Of a stretch of DNA of 64,000 nucleotides, positions 48,858-59,430 are shown piece after piece. Under the pieces are notes generated by a model that had not been told where the DNA came from, did not search any database, and saw only the letters and a program-made list of their open reading frames with translations. The position numbers and the translations under genes were made by a program. This DNA is from Desulfatiglandales bacterium (GTDB lineage Bacteria; Desulfobacterota; DSM-4660; Desulfatiglandales; Desulfatiglandaceae): NCBI GenBank assembly GCA_963666345.1, contig OY762721.1:3328001-3392000 (forward strand). Direction: 5' to 3'. How positions within the stretch are numbered: the first letter of the stretch is position 1; every line of letters begins with the position of its first letter.

Positions 48858-49556
48858 TCAGCTTCCGGGTGTGTAGTAGGGGTTGGGTCGTATGTCGGGG
48901 GGACGGAGGTAGACCGGCTTTAGGTCATGGGGGTCGTCCGGACCGCGCTCTTTAAGGGCCTTAAGACCCAGAGCACCTACTGATGATGCCTTGAGATTCC
49001 ACAGGTCAGGGGGTGCCAGGTGTGCCTTTGAGTCGAATATGCCTTTTAGGATTCCTGCCTGCAAAGCAAAATTGTTGCCTACAAAAAGAGTGTTTCCTTT
49101 AAAAATTTCGGGAAGATCCCTGAACTTGACCGTGATATCCTCTCCAATCCGTTTTATCAGGGTTTCCGATTCCATTACGAATCTGGCGGTGAAAACCTCA
49201 TCCTTCCTGGAATCTAAAAGAGGAGCCAGACAGAGAGCGGAATAGGGGAGTTGATTGGCAAGCGCCTCAAGGGTGGATACCCCGATGAGCGGTATGTCGA
49301 GCCCGTGAGCGAGGCCTTTGGCAAAGGATATGCCCACCCTTAGCCCGGTAAAGCTTCCGGGACCGTTGGCAACCGCTATTGCATTTATATCACCTGTTGA
49401 AGTAGCGGTTCCCTTTATCATGAAATCAAGGGCAGGCATGAGACCCCCGAAGTGTCGCGCCCCTTTTGATGCCGTGTATTCGCTCAGTATGGTTGCATCA
49501 TTTTCCATAAGGGCGACACTGAACTGGGTCGTGGATGTGTTGATCGCAAGAAGCAT
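48858..49556 (-). CDS. tsaB: tRNA t6A biosynthesis protein TsaB
   Basis: GPGSFTGLRVG, D.RK.EV and P.YLR motifs. Confidence 0.95.
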   Translation of the reverse strand: MLLAINTSTTQFSVALMENDATILSEYTASKGARHFGGLMPALDFMIKGTATSTGDINAIAVANGPGSFTGLRVGISFAKGLAHGLDIPLIGVSTLEALANQLPYSALCLAPLLDSRKDEVFTARFVMESETLIKRIGEDITVKFRDLPEIFKGNTLFVGNNFALQAGILKGIFDSKAHLAPPDLWNLKASSVGALGLKALKERGPDDPHDLKPVYLRPPDIRPNPYYTPGS

Positions 49557-49593
49557 GTTTATCGGACCTGTTTTCTTAGGGGTATCCCACGGG

Positions 49594-50679
49594 CTATTTA
49601 ATGAGTCTTGTAACGTCGTTATAGATTACAAGCACCATGAGGCTTATGAGCAGGAAGAGCCCGATTTTTTGCGCCCATTCTCTTTTTCTGGTGCTCATCG
49701 GTTTTCCAGTTATCAGCTCGAACAGTAAAAACAGTATCATCCCACCATCAAGGATAGGCACGGGAAGCAGATTAAGTATGCCCAGATTTATGCTGATAAC
49801 CGCCATAAAGGGAAAGAGGTATATGATGCCCTCTTTGGCTATCTGACCAGTGAGCTGCCCTATGAGTATCGGCCCGCCCAGCGTCTTTATCGGCACCACC
49901 CTCTGGAACAGTTTCACTATGGTAAGAAGGGTCAGCTCCGTGATCTCCCATGTCTTTATAAAACCCTCTTTTACAGAGTCGATAGGGCCCAGGTTTATTA
50001 ACCGGCTTTTTCCGGAAGCAACCACCCCTATTAGCGGGATCTTTATCTGCTCTCCGAAGATATTTTTTACGACGGAGATCTCAGGCTCAAGGGATACGGA
50101 CAAAAGGGATTTATCCCTTTTCACGGTTATGAGCAGTTCTTCGGACCCGCCCTTTTTTACCGCCCGTTTTATGCCGGGCCAGTTTCCGACCTCGATACCG
50201 TCGATCGCGACTATTATGTCTCCTTTGATAAGGCCGGCTTGATGGGCCGGGGAGCCCTCGGTTACCTGCCCGATTTCAGAGGTCATTACCTCCTTGCCGG
50301 TGGTCATGAAAAAGAGACAGAAGACCAAAAGTGCGAGAAAGAGATTGAAAAAGGGACCGGCCGCCACAATAGCGATACGTTTCATCACGGACTGATTGTT
50401 GAACGATCTTTTTTCTTCCTCCGGGCTTGAAGGGGCCTCATCCTCATCATCGCCGCTTTCCCCCAGCATCTTCACGTAGCCGCCCAGCGGGACCGCGGAG
50501 ACCAGGTACTCGGTCTCTCCGAAGGTACGTCCGAAGATCTTCGGGCCGAAGCCCAGAGAAAACTTAAGGACCTTTACATTGAAGTACTTGGCAACCAGAA
50601 AGTGTCCAAGTTCATGGAAAAAAATCAGAATACCCAATACGAATACAAACGGCAATATATAGTAAATCAAAAAATCCAT
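49594..50679 (-). CDS. rseP: RIP metalloprotease RseP
   Basis: HELGH, PLGGYVKM, one PDZ domain and NLLPVPILDGG. Confidence 0.96.
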   Translation of the reverse strand: MDFLIYYILPFVFVLGILIFFHELGHFLVAKYFNVKVLKFSLGFGPKIFGRTFGETEYLVSAVPLGGYVKMLGESGDDEDEAPSSPEEEKRSFNNQSVMKRIAIVAAGPFFNLFLALLVFCLFFMTTGKEVMTSEIGQVTEGSPAHQAGLIKGDIIVAIDGIEVGNWPGIKRAVKKGGSEELLITVKRDKSLLSVSLEPEISVVKNIFGEQIKIPLIGVVASGKSRLINLGPIDSVKEGFIKTWEITELTLLTIVKLFQRVVPIKTLGGPILIGQLTGQIAKEGIIYLFPFMAVISINLGILNLLPVPILDGGMILFLLFELITGKPMSTRKREWAQKIGLFLLISLMVLVIYNDVTRLIK

Positions 50680-50692
50680 TTTTCAGTCCTGT

Positions 50693-51853
50693 TTACCGAT
50701 ATCTTGAAACCAGTTCTCCGGCCTTTTCTCTGGCCCATCTGTCCGCCTCGATCACCATTTCCACATCTTCCAGTCTATGTGTGACGTGTGAGTCCATGGC
50801 CTTTTCTATAACCGCCGGTATATCGAGGAATCCTATCCGATTTTTTAAAAATGCGTCAACCGCGATTTCGTTTGCGCCGTTCAAGACGGTCTGCATGCTC
50901 CGGCCTTCGGCCGCGGCCTTCAAGGCCAGGTCAAGGCATCTGAATCTGTTCAGGTCAGGTTTTTCAAAACTGAGTGTGCCTATCTCTTCAAGATCCAGGT
51001 GGGGAAGGCCGTTGCCGTTATGGTGCGGAAAAGAAAGGGAATAAGAGATAGGGATCAACATGTCGGGAACCCCCATCTGGGCGATTATTGAACCGTCCTT
51101 GTATTCCGCCATTGAGTGTACGATGCTCTGCGGATGTATGAGTATTTCTATCTGATCCATTTTCAGGTCAAAAAGCCATTTGGCCTCGATGGTCTCAAGG
51201 CCCTTGTTCATCATTGTGGCGGAGTCTATGCTTATCTTGCGCCCCATGATCCAGTTGGGATGGTTGAGGGCCTGCTCCGGGGTAACACTTGCCATCCGTT
51301 CCAGGCTGAAGTCCCTGAAAGGGCCTCCCGAAGCGGTCAGAATTATACGAAGGAGGTCTTCTTTCGGATGACCCTGAAGTGATTGGAGTATGGCGCTGTG
51401 CTCACTGTCTATGGGGAGAACCGACACCCCCGTTTTTGCCGCCATGGCCATGACCAGATCTCCCGCCATGACCATGGTCTCTTTGTTGGCAAGGGCTATC
51501 TGCTTTCCGGCCTTTATAGCCTCGTATGTCGGCAGGAGTCCGGCTGCGCCGGTTATGGCTGATATTACGGTGTCCGCCTCATCCAGGGTGGCAAGCCTGA
51601 CAGCACCGTCACTGCCGAAATAGATGGCCGGCATTTCCTGTGTCGGGACACTCCTTTTGAGCTCCTCGGCAAGGGATTCATCCTGAACGGAGACGGCGGC
51701 AGGTCTGAATTCCCTGATCTGTCGCAAGAGCAGGTCTATATTTTTTCCCGCGGCAAGGGCCACCGCCCTGTATCTATCAGGATTATGCGCTATAATCTTA
51801 AGGGCATTTACACCGATCGAGCCGGTGGAACCCAGTAAGGTTATGTTTTTCAT
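50693..51853 (-). CDS. dxr: 1-deoxy-D-xylulose-5-phosphate reductoisomerase
   Basis: LGSTGSIG, LANKE, PIDSEH, TASGGPF and HPNW.MG.KISIDSATMMNKGLE motifs. Confidence 0.98.
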   Translation of the reverse strand: MKNITLLGSTGSIGVNALKIIAHNPDRYRAVALAAGKNIDLLLRQIREFRPAAVSVQDESLAEELKRSVPTQEMPAIYFGSDGAVRLATLDEADTVISAITGAAGLLPTYEAIKAGKQIALANKETMVMAGDLVMAMAAKTGVSVLPIDSEHSAILQSLQGHPKEDLLRIILTASGGPFRDFSLERMASVTPEQALNHPNWIMGRKISIDSATMMNKGLETIEAKWLFDLKMDQIEILIHPQSIVHSMAEYKDGSIIAQMGVPDMLIPISYSLSFPHHNGNGLPHLDLEEIGTLSFEKPDLNRFRCLDLALKAAAEGRSMQTVLNGANEIAVDAFLKNRIGFLDIPAVIEKAMDSHVTHRLEDVEMVIEADRWAREKAGELVSRYR

Positions 51854-52026
51854 TTCCTATTCTCAGTAAGGGTCCTGTAAGGGGCCCCGTGTTCAATCGG
51901 TAAAATTGATGTGTCCATAAAAAGTTATTGAGGCACAAATAGTAAGTTAATAACAGACTTCATATCCTACAAGTAAATTTGTTGCCTTTTTTTACGCCTG
52001 ATCAACCCCGGTAGGTTTCGTGTCTT

Positions 52027-52851
52027 TCACAAGAGGAAAATAATCAGGTAAAGATAAAGGATCGGGATAGAAAAAAGAAGGCCGTCGATTCTGTCCAGTA
52101 TCCCTCCATGTCCGGGAAGAATGCTGCCTGAATCCTTGAATCCGTGATTTCGCTTTATCATCGATTCGGCAAGATCACCGATCTGGGCTGAAACGGAAAG
52201 AAGTAGTATCAAAACCACCAGTGTCCAGTCTCTTCTTCCGATTGAAAACAGATGAAGGAACACAAGCCCCGCCAAAATGGAGCTTAATGTTCCGCCTATT
52301 GCGCCTGCCCAGGTTTTGCCCGGGCTTACGGCCGGATAAAGCTTCCGTTTTCCAAAGCTCCTTCCAAAATAGAACGCCCCTGTGTCGGTTGTGAAAACAA
52401 CGACAAGAAGAAAGAGTATCCACAGGTTACCCTTCGGCATAAGATCTATCAGCAACAGAAGCGAAAGTGGCAGGGCCGCATAGACAGGCCCGGTAACGAT
52501 CTTGCCCACGGCCTGAGTTCCTCCCTTATCTCCGTCCGGAGAAACAAACATGTAATAGGCAAGAGGCAGGAAGCAGATGATCGCGATAATCGCGGGAGTA
52601 ATATGGATTTGATGAATAAAATGGGAAAAGAAGAGAAGAGTCAGTAGGAAGTATACCGGCCATCTGACAAACCTTGAGTCGTCCGCAGCGGTAATCGTGT
52701 AGTACTCAGCAGTACCGATAATTGAAACGGCACATACAAGGGCGTAAAACAGCCATCTGGGTCCTGCCGTCAAAAGAAGGACCAGAACCGGTACGGCCAC
52801 AATGCCGGTAAGCCATCTTTTTATGTGAGCGGTCCTGCTATCTGATGACAT
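52027..52851 (-). CDS. cdsA: Phosphatidate cytidylyltransferase
   Basis: SPGKTW.G and GDLAES.IKR..G.KDSG.ILPGHGGILDRID motifs. Confidence 0.96.
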   Translation of the reverse strand: MSSDSRTAHIKRWLTGIVAVPVLVLLLTAGPRWLFYALVCAVSIIGTAEYYTITAADDSRFVRWPVYFLLTLLFFSHFIHQIHITPAIIAIICFLPLAYYMFVSPDGDKGGTQAVGKIVTGPVYAALPLSLLLLIDLMPKGNLWILFLLVVVFTTDTGAFYFGRSFGKRKLYPAVSPGKTWAGAIGGTLSSILAGLVFLHLFSIGRRDWTLVVLILLLSVSAQIGDLAESMIKRNHGFKDSGSILPGHGGILDRIDGLLFSIPILYLYLIIFLL

Positions 52852-52888
52852 AGAGTGCTTTGGTACTGGATTTCAGATCAAAATATAA

Positions 52889-53296
52889 GGTTCTTCTCCA
52901 ACTTAGTTGGCGAAGAGGGTTCAAGGATCCAAGGCGTCAAGGGTTCAAGGGTTTGTTTTCTAGAGACTTTATCAGTATTTTTAACAATTTATTGATCTCT
53001 GTCTGCCTTATGTTATTTGAGGATTTTTCATTTATTCTATACCTAAAAAAAGTTTGTAGAACTTCTGCAACAGCTTTAGATTTTTGTAATGCATTAGCGG
53101 TGTTATCCGCCGTTTCAATGGAGCACTGGAATCCTTGAAACTGGGAACCCTCCCTGAGCTGGCCGAAGGGTGGGACTGAGCGAAGCGTTAGTGGAGCAAA
53201 GAATCCTCGACCCCTTCCTACGAACTCTCAGCCGCTTAAATAAGAAGGGTTTCATCGTTTAGTCCTGTTTAACACCAGCTAATCGGGAGATGATCC
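52889..53296 (-). mobile_element. Non-autonomous TIR element (copy 2, inverted, internally deleted) between uppS and cdsA
   Basis: Ends are GGTTCTTCTCCAACTTAGTTGG (52889) and CCAGCTAATCGGGAGATGATCC (53296). AAATATAA is directly repeated at 52881-52888 and 53297-53304. The minus strand retains MHYKNLKLLQKFYKLFL and EINKLLKILIKSLENKPLNP* fragments. Confidence 0.88.
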
Positions 53297-53351
53297 AAAT
53301 ATAAAAGGTTGAGACTGATATGGGGACTATACGCCTTCGCCCCGATTCCCA

Positions 53352-54077
53352 TTACTCCTCTTTTGTCGCCCCGAATCTTCTCTCCCTGTTTTGAAAGTCA
53401 CTGACCGCATCCAGCAGAGACTGCCTTCCGAATTCGGGCCACAGGCTCGGGGTGATATATATCTCAGTGTATGCTATCTGCCAAAGTAGAAAGTTGCTGA
53501 TCCTGAATTCTCCGCTCGATCGTATGAGAAGATCCGGATCGGGCATATCAGCGTTATACAGGTACCTCGAAAATGTATCCTTAGAGATATCGTCAATAAC
53601 GAGGGTCTGATTTTTCAGATCCCGGCCAATTGCCCTAACCGCGTCGATAATCTCCTGCCTTCCACCGTAACTGAGTGCCAGGGTCAGTAACAGGTCATTA
53701 TTTGAGGCGGTCTTTTCCATGGTATCATATAGGACCTGTCTGGTGTCTTCCGGGAGTTTTTCAATCCTCCCGATAGCCTGAAGTCGTATCCCATTTTCCT
53801 GCATCTCCTTGAGTTCATTTTTAAGGAAGCGCTTAAGCAGGCCCATGAGCGCCTTTATTTCCTTTGCGGGCCTTTTCCAGTTTTCCTCGGAGAAGGCATA
53901 CAGGGTCAGCCACTTGATGCCTATTTCACGACTGGTCCTGACAACTTCGCGTACCGCATCCGCGCCCTTTTGATGACCGAATATGCGATTCATCTTTTTC
54001 TTTTTTGCCCATCTACCGTTGCCGTCCATGATTATAGCGACATGCCGCGGCAGATTCTTGAGATCTATTGGGGTCAT
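53352..54077 (-). CDS. uppS: Undecaprenyl diphosphate synthase
   Basis: HVAIIMDGNGRWA, YAFSEENWKRP and DPDLLIR.SGE.RISNFLLWQ motifs. Confidence 0.98.
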   Translation of the reverse strand: MTPIDLKNLPRHVAIIMDGNGRWAKKKKMNRIFGHQKGADAVREVVRTSREIGIKWLTLYAFSEENWKRPAKEIKALMGLLKRFLKNELKEMQENGIRLQAIGRIEKLPEDTRQVLYDTMEKTASNNDLLLTLALSYGGRQEIIDAVRAIGRDLKNQTLVIDDISKDTFSRYLYNADMPDPDLLIRSSGEFRISNFLLWQIAYTEIYITPSLWPEFGRQSLLDAVSDFQNRERRFGATKEE

Positions 54078-54167
54078 AGTGTACTGTTTATAAATAGTGG
54101 TCAGCCACTTTGCCCAGAGGAAAATGGGCCGGTGGATAGATTTAACTCTGTTTTCGGCAGGGGAGAG

Positions 54168-54725
54168 TTAGAACTCAATGATCTCCTTTTCCTTCTCTGA
54201 AGTAATTTCGTCGATTTTCTTGATAAAATCGTTCGTTATTTCCTGTACCTCGTCAAAAGCCCTGTGCAGGTCGTCTTCCGACAATAACTTCTCGTTTTTC
54301 ATCTCCTTGAGGTTGTCATTGGCTTCCCGCCTGTGATTTCTTATCGTGATCTTGTTTTCCTCTGCCATCCTTTTTGCCATCTTTGCAAGTTCCTTGCGCC
54401 GCTCTTCAGTCAGAGGCGGTATGGAGATCCTCAGGATCTTTCCGTCATTCATGGGAGTCAGACCAAGCTCGGATTTCAGAATGCTTTTTTCTATCTCACC
54501 GATTATGCTCAGATCCCAGGGCTGGATGGTGATGAGCCGGCTCTCGGGAACGGAAACGGAAGCTACCTGTTCGAGAGGCATCTGCGTATCATAGCAGGTC
54601 ACCTTGATTCCATCCAAGAGCGAGGTCGACGCACGTCCCGTCCTTATCCTCATGAAATCTCTCTTAAGGGCCTCTACTGTATTGTTCATCTTTGCGCGGG
54701 ATTCAGCCAGCACTTCATCCTTCAT
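54168..54725 (-). CDS. frr: Ribosome recycling factor
   Basis: IRTGRA and PPLTEERRKEL motifs. Confidence 0.98.
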   Translation of the reverse strand: MKDEVLAESRAKMNNTVEALKRDFMRIRTGRASTSLLDGIKVTCYDTQMPLEQVASVSVPESRLITIQPWDLSIIGEIEKSILKSELGLTPMNDGKILRISIPPLTEERRKELAKMAKRMAEENKITIRNHRREANDNLKEMKNEKLLSEDDLHRAFDEVQEITNDFIKKIDEITSEKEKEIIEF

Positions 54726-55453
54726 TATTTTTCTCCTCCAATTGTAGTGCCTATCGGTTGTCCTGAAACCACCCTTTGTATATTTCCCTGAGCGAGCAGG
54801 TTAAAGACTACTATTGGCATTTCCTGATCCATTGCAAGAGAAACCGCCGTTATATCCATCACTTGCAGGTTTTTCCTGAGAACTTCCTCATAGCTCAGAG
54901 TTGAAAAGAATTTTGCAGATGGCTCCAGCTCAGGGTCGGAATCATAGACCCCGTCGACCTTTGTGGCCTTAAGCAGGACTTCGGCGCCCATTTCCATGGC
55001 CCGCAGTGCCGCCGCCGTGTCCGTGGTAAAATAGGGGTTGCCTGTGCCTGCACCGACCAGCACGATACGTGATTTTTCAAGGTGCCTGATGGCCTTCATC
55101 CTTATATAGGGTTCGGCAATCTTGATCATGTCAATTGCGGTCATGATCCTTGATTCGCAACCCAGCCTGTCAAGCGCTTCCCCAAGTGCAAGGGCGTTGA
55201 TTATGGTGGCAAGCATCCCCATGTTATCGGCCGCCGCACGGCCGACTCCGTAGGAATCGGCCTGCAGACCCCTGAAGATGTTCCCCCCGCCGATAACGAT
55301 CGCGATCTGTACTCCCATCTTGTGTACGGCGGATATCTCGGCTGCCACACGCTTGAGAACCGAGGGGTCGATCCCGTATTCGCCTTCACCCATAAGGGCC
55401 TCGCCGCTCAGCTTCAGAAGTATCCGTTGATAACGGGGGGTGAAATCACTCAT
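54725..55453 (-). CDS. pyrH: Uridylate kinase
   Basis: [17 protein letters not shown] and [15 protein letters not shown] motifs; ATG at 55453 just after the tsf stop. Confidence 0.98.
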   Translation of the reverse strand: MSDFTPRYQRILLKLSGEALMGEGEYGIDPSVLKRVAAEISAVHKMGVQIAIVIGGGNIFRGLQADSYGVGRAAADNMGMLATIINALALGEALDRLGCESRIMTAIDMIKIAEPYIRMKAIRHLEKSRIVLVGAGTGNPYFTTDTAAALRAMEMGAEVLLKATKVDGVYDSDPELEPSAKFFSTLSYEEVLRKNLQVMDITAVSLAMDQEMPIVVFNLLAQGNIQRVVSGQPIGTTIGGEK

Positions 55454-55454
55454 C

Positions 55455-56048
55455 TTATTCTCCAAGCTGATATCTTACAAATCGCCTTATCACCATCTTT
55501 TCGCCTGTCTTGGCGATCATTTCGTTCAAGAGATCCTGGATGCTGATGTCGGGATTTTTTACAAAGGCCTGTTCAAGAAGACATGACTCGGAATAGAACT
55601 TGTTGAGCTTCCCTTCCACGATCTTGTCGATGATCTTCTCCGGTTTTCCGGTTTCCCTGGCCTGGGTCGCGTAGATGTCTTTTTCCTTTTCAAGCAGTTC
55701 TGACGGTACGCCTTCCCTGTCTATGGAAACAGGATTGGTCGCCGCCACATGCATGGCAAGGTCTTTGACAAAGATGGTGAAGTCCTCTGTCTTTCCCGTG
55801 AAATCCGTTTCACAGTTTACCTCCACCATTACCCCGATCTTGCCTCCGGCATGAATATAGGACTGGATCTGTCCCTGGGAGGTAATTCTGTCATTTCTTT
55901 TCTGCGCGGTGGCTATACCCTTTTTTCTGAGATATTCAACCGATTTGTCTATGTCGCCGTCACATTCCTTTAGGGCGGTTTTGCAGTCCATTATGCCTAC
56001 GCCTGTCTTTTCTCTCAATTTCTTTATAAGCTCAGTGGTAATCGTCAC
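55455..56048 (-). CDS. tsf: Elongation factor Ts (short form)
   Basis: LREKTG.G.MDCK.AL and EVNCETDF motifs; 197 aa. Confidence 0.97.
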   Translation of the reverse strand: MTITTELIKKLREKTGVGIMDCKTALKECDGDIDKSVEYLRKKGIATAQKRNDRITSQGQIQSYIHAGGKIGVMVEVNCETDFTGKTEDFTIFVKDLAMHVAATNPVSIDREGVPSELLEKEKDIYATQARETGKPEKIIDKIVEGKLNKFYSESCLLEQAFVKNPDISIQDLLNEMIAKTGEKMVIRRFVRYQLGE

Positions 56049-56120
56049 CTTTGATCTCCTTCCGTTGTTAAGACGCCTTAACGATTTTTCGTATTTTCGT
56101 TATGTCTTTATTCCATTATA

Positions 56121-56145
56121 AAAACCTGGCCCTCTGAGCCAGGTT
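56121..56145 (-). terminator. Probable attenuating terminator between rpsB and tsf
   Basis: Stem AACCTGGC/GCCAGGTT ending in a T run on the minus strand, just after the rpsB stop. Confidence 0.55.
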
Positions 56146-56151
56146 CCATTC

Positions 56152-57015
56152 TTATTCTTCCGCCTTGTCCGATTCGTCCGGTTTTTGCTCTTCAGCGGTG
56201 TTCTTCTCCTCTTTGGGAAGGATTATCACCTCCGGGCCTTCTTCCGTCGCCTCCTCTTGATCGACTTGATCGGCCTGCTGCGCGGCTTCCTGCTCCTCCC
56301 TCAGTTTCGCCTCCTGCTTCAGCCTCTCTTCGGCAAGGTTGTGACCTTCTATGCAGGCATCGGCAATCTTGGAGCAGATGAGCCTTATCGCCCTTATGGC
56401 GTCGTCATTACCGGGGATAATGTAGTCTATCTCGTCGGGGTCGCAATTGGAATCCGCGATTGCAACCACAGGGATACCAAGTTTCCTTGCCTCCCTGACG
56501 GCAATTTTTTCCTTCTTGGGGTCGACCACGAAAACCGCTCCAGGCTGCTCATCCATGTCCTTGATTCCGCCCAGGTTCCTCTCCAGTTTGAAGAGCTCCT
56601 TTTCCATCTTCAGGACCTCTTTTTTGGTGTAGCGGTTTATTGATCCGTCCTCTTTCATTTTTTCAAGTTCCTTGAGGCGGTTGATGCTCTTCTTGATTGT
56701 CTGAAAATTGGTAAGTGTCCCGCCTAGCCAGCGATTGACCACATAGAACATTCCGCATCTTTCGCTTTCTTCGACTATAGAGTCGTGACCCTGCTTTTTT
56801 GTTCCCACGAAAAGAACGGAATAACCATCTGCCACGGTCTTTGTTATGAAGTCGTAGGTTATCTTGAAAAGCCTTACCGTTTTCTGCAGGTCTATGATAT
56901 GGATTCCGTTCCTGGCCCCGAATATATAGGGTTTCATCTTCGGATTCCAGCGCCTCGTCTGATGTCCGAAATGCACACCTGATTCCAAAAGTTCCTTCAT
57001 GTTGATTACTGCCAT
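56152..57015 (-). CDS. rpsB: 30S ribosomal protein S2
   Basis: [24 protein letters not shown] and [10 protein letters not shown] motifs. True start is ATG 57015 after AAGGAG; acidic C-terminal tail. Confidence 0.98.
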   Translation of the reverse strand: MAVINMKELLESGVHFGHQTRRWNPKMKPYIFGARNGIHIIDLQKTVRLFKITYDFITKTVADGYSVLFVGTKKQGHDSIVEESERCGMFYVVNRWLGGTLTNFQTIKKSINRLKELEKMKEDGSINRYTKKEVLKMEKELFKLERNLGGIKDMDEQPGAVFVVDPKKEKIAVREARKLGIPVVAIADSNCDPDEIDYIIPGNDDAIRAIRLICSKIADACIEGHNLAEERLKQEAKLREEQEAAQQADQVDQEEATEEGPEVIILPKEEKNTAEEQKPDESDKAEE

Positions 57016-57029
57016 AATTCTCTCCTTTT

Positions 57030-57105
57030 GCCTCGGTTTTTTCTTAACGCGGGATCTTGTGGACCCTGAGGGCGACAGGGCACCGGGCATTATCCCGAGT
57101 CTGAT
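57030..57105 (-). promoter_or_regulatory. Probable S2 (rpsB) leader autoregulatory RNA structure
   Basis: The 5' UTR reads CGGGAT..CCCGGTGCCCTG..CAGGG..ATCCCG, a nested stem carrying the GGUGC motif seen in rpsB leaders. Confidence 0.5.
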
Positions 57106-57441
57106 TTGGCAGGATGAAAATAGGGCCTTGAGATCATTGATTACGATTGCTATAATAACCAAGACCGTGATATTTATCATCCTGAAGGTTTAACAGCCTT
57201 CCATGACCTCTCAATAATCGGAATCGCCCTTTGAGAAGCCAAAAAACATAAGCGTATAATATAAACAATATTGTTTTGTTTTTGCAAGTAAAAAAGCTCC
57301 TTCATCTTTGTTGACAGGCCTGATGATTTAATGATTCTTCCGGTCGTTCGTCGCCGGCATATGGTTCCGTCACGGCGTGCTTTTTGGCTGCCGGGGCAAT
57401 AACGGGGCCTATTTTGAAATCAGGTCAGGGAAAAATTTGAT

Positions 57442-57696
57442 ATGAAAAATGATGTCAAAAAAGATTTGAAAAAAATGGCTAAGGAGACCCAGACAAGTAT
57501 CGTACGCTCCCTGCTGAGCTGGAAATATAAGAGGGATGGGCGGCCTGTCCCGGATGATGAAACGCTGCAAATGCAGTCCAGACAGATATCCAGGCAGGCC
57601 AACGATTTTATTCTTGGGAGGGGAAAAGGCGTCTGGAATGAGGTAAAAAAGGCATATAATGAAGGCAGAAACAGTAGCAAGGGTTCGGATAAGTGA
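57442..57696 (+). CDS. Small basic hypothetical protein
   Basis: 84-aa ORF whose stop overlaps the start of the next gene; no family recognised. Confidence 0.6.
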   Translation: MKNDVKKDLKKMAKETQTSIVRSLLSWKYKRDGRPVPDDETLQMQSRQISRQANDFILGRGKGVWNEVKKAYNEGRNSSKGSDK

Positions 57697-58862
57697 AGGC
57701 TCCTGAATCCTTGATTAAGATAAGAAATGAGCTCGATTCAAGGGAGCGTGACATCCTTTCACCCTTTGCATGTCTGAGCAGTGAAGCCGTAAGGGAAACA
57801 GGGGATGATAAAAACCTGAAGGGCCACAGACAGGGCTTTTCGGTAGATGGTGACAGGATCCTTCATTCCCTTTCATACTCACGCTATATTGACAAGACTC
57901 AGGTCTTTTATCTCGTCAAAAACGACCACATTACCCACCGGGTGCTTCACGTCCAATTCGTATCCAAGATAGCCAGAACAATAGGCCGTCTTTTGAGGCT
58001 GAACGAAGACCTGATCGAGGCGATCGCGCTGGGGCATGATATCGGCCATACCCCTTTCGGACATGACGGCGAGAAGATATTGTCGTCTCTTTGCATTGAC
58101 CATGGTATCGGATTTTTTCTTCACAATATTCAGAGTGTCAGGTTTCTGCAGGATATAGAAAGAAAGGGGAAGGGATGGAACCTCACCCTTCAGGTGCTTG
58201 ACGGGATACTGTCCCATGACGGGGAGATCTATTCGCAGGCGCTGGAGCCCCAGAGGCCGAAGGATTTCAGATCGTTAAAGCACGAAATGAGGCGTAAGGG
58301 AGAGGATAAGGACTATGCAATAAGGCCCATGACCCTTGAGGGATGCGTGGTCAGGATGTCCGATACCATAAGTTACATCGGAAGAGATATCGAAGACGCC
58401 ATAAGACTGGGTGTAATTAAGAGGGAGGATATCCCGGATGAATGCTCAAGGGTCCTGGGAAATACAAACGGAACGATCGTATACACGCTTGTGGAGGATC
58501 TCGTGACCAGCAGTCTTGATGTGCCCTATGTCAGTTTCAGCAGCAAGGTGGGCGATTCCCTAAAACAGCTGAAAGAGTTCAATGAAGAGAGAATATACAA
58601 AAACCATAAGGTAAAGGAGCAGATAGGCAAGATTACCCTTATGTTTAACCTCCTTTTTGAAAAATATTTTCAGGACCTTGAGCAGGGAAATGAGAATTCC
58701 GGCATATATACGGATTTTCTTGAAGGTATGAGCGACAGTTACCTTGAAGGAAGAAGATCACCTGAAATAGTTCGTGACTTTATTGCCGGAATGACAGATG
58801 AGTATTTCCTGAAACAGTGCTACAAACACCTTGTCCCGCAAATTAAACAAAACCTTTTCTAG
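57693..58862 (+). CDS. dgt: HD-domain dNTP triphosphohydrolase (Dgt-like)
   Basis: D.DRILHS, KTQVF, R..H, GHDIGHTPFGH.GE and DFIAGMTD motifs. Confidence 0.88.
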   Translation: MKAPESLIKIRNELDSRERDILSPFACLSSEAVRETGDDKNLKGHRQGFSVDGDRILHSLSYSRYIDKTQVFYLVKNDHITHRVLHVQFVSKIARTIGRLLRLNEDLIEAIALGHDIGHTPFGHDGEKILSSLCIDHGIGFFLHNIQSVRFLQDIERKGKGWNLTLQVLDGILSHDGEIYSQALEPQRPKDFRSLKHEMRRKGEDKDYAIRPMTLEGCVVRMSDTISYIGRDIEDAIRLGVIKREDIPDECSRVLGNTNGTIVYTLVEDLVTSSLDVPYVSFSSKVGDSLKQLKEFNEERIYKNHKVKEQIGKITLMFNLLFEKYFQDLEQGNENSGIYTDFLEGMSDSYLEGRRSPEIVRDFIAGMTDEYFLKQCYKHLVPQIKQNLF

Positions 58863-58919
58863 CTTAAAATCAACGGCTTAATATCTATAGAGACAATTAG
58901 CGTCAGTTATAATGCTATT

Positions 58920-58952
58920 TTGTGAAGCAGTGCTTTACAAAACTATTTGACA
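58920..58952 (+). promoter_or_regulatory. 21-bp near-perfect palindrome immediately upstream of a TTGACA box (candidate operator of the liv/ligase operon)
   Basis: TTGTGAAGCA-G-TGCTTTACAA (58920-58940, one mismatch) followed by TTGACA at 58947. Confidence 0.45.
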
Positions 58953-59430
58953 AACAGTATTCAAGCGAGTAAATGTATAGGCGCTAAATAGAAGTTAATA
59001 ATGATATCCAAATAACCATCCAAATCCCTTTCATATCAATAGAGATATTTGCGCCGGGTTCTATAGAAGTTTTAGTATATTTTGCAGAATTAGATCGGCG
59101 AACAGCTTTAAAAAAACGGGGTTAGGCCGCATTTTTCCCATTCCATATTCTGGACAGGCCGTAAAATTCATTACCCTTTTACATGATTCAAGATTCTTGA
59201 TCGGCGGTTTTCTAGTTGCGTTCCCAGGTTATGCCGCCTGACCTGCTCTCATCCGGGTTCGTTCAAAATCCCATACGTATATTTTCCCAAAAGGGATAAG
59301 AATATTTAGAAACCAGAAGATGGCTTTTCAACAAACGCTATTGTCTGGATAGTATCCCTTTCGGGCTGATTGGTTTTTTCCTTATTGATCGCTGATTTTG
59401 TAAGAAAAGCTGAGCAATGGAGGCAGTTAT

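Noticed and set aside
55455..56048. EF-Ts looks truncated at 197 aa
   Set aside because: Short EF-Ts is a known natural form in several phyla, and the gene has an intact start, stop and operon context.
57016..57180. N-terminal extensions in the ORF track for rpsB (also katA, marR, ihfA and the ade-like gene)
   Set aside because: Downstream starts have better RBS or coupling and match the family N-termini; the extensions are leader sequence.
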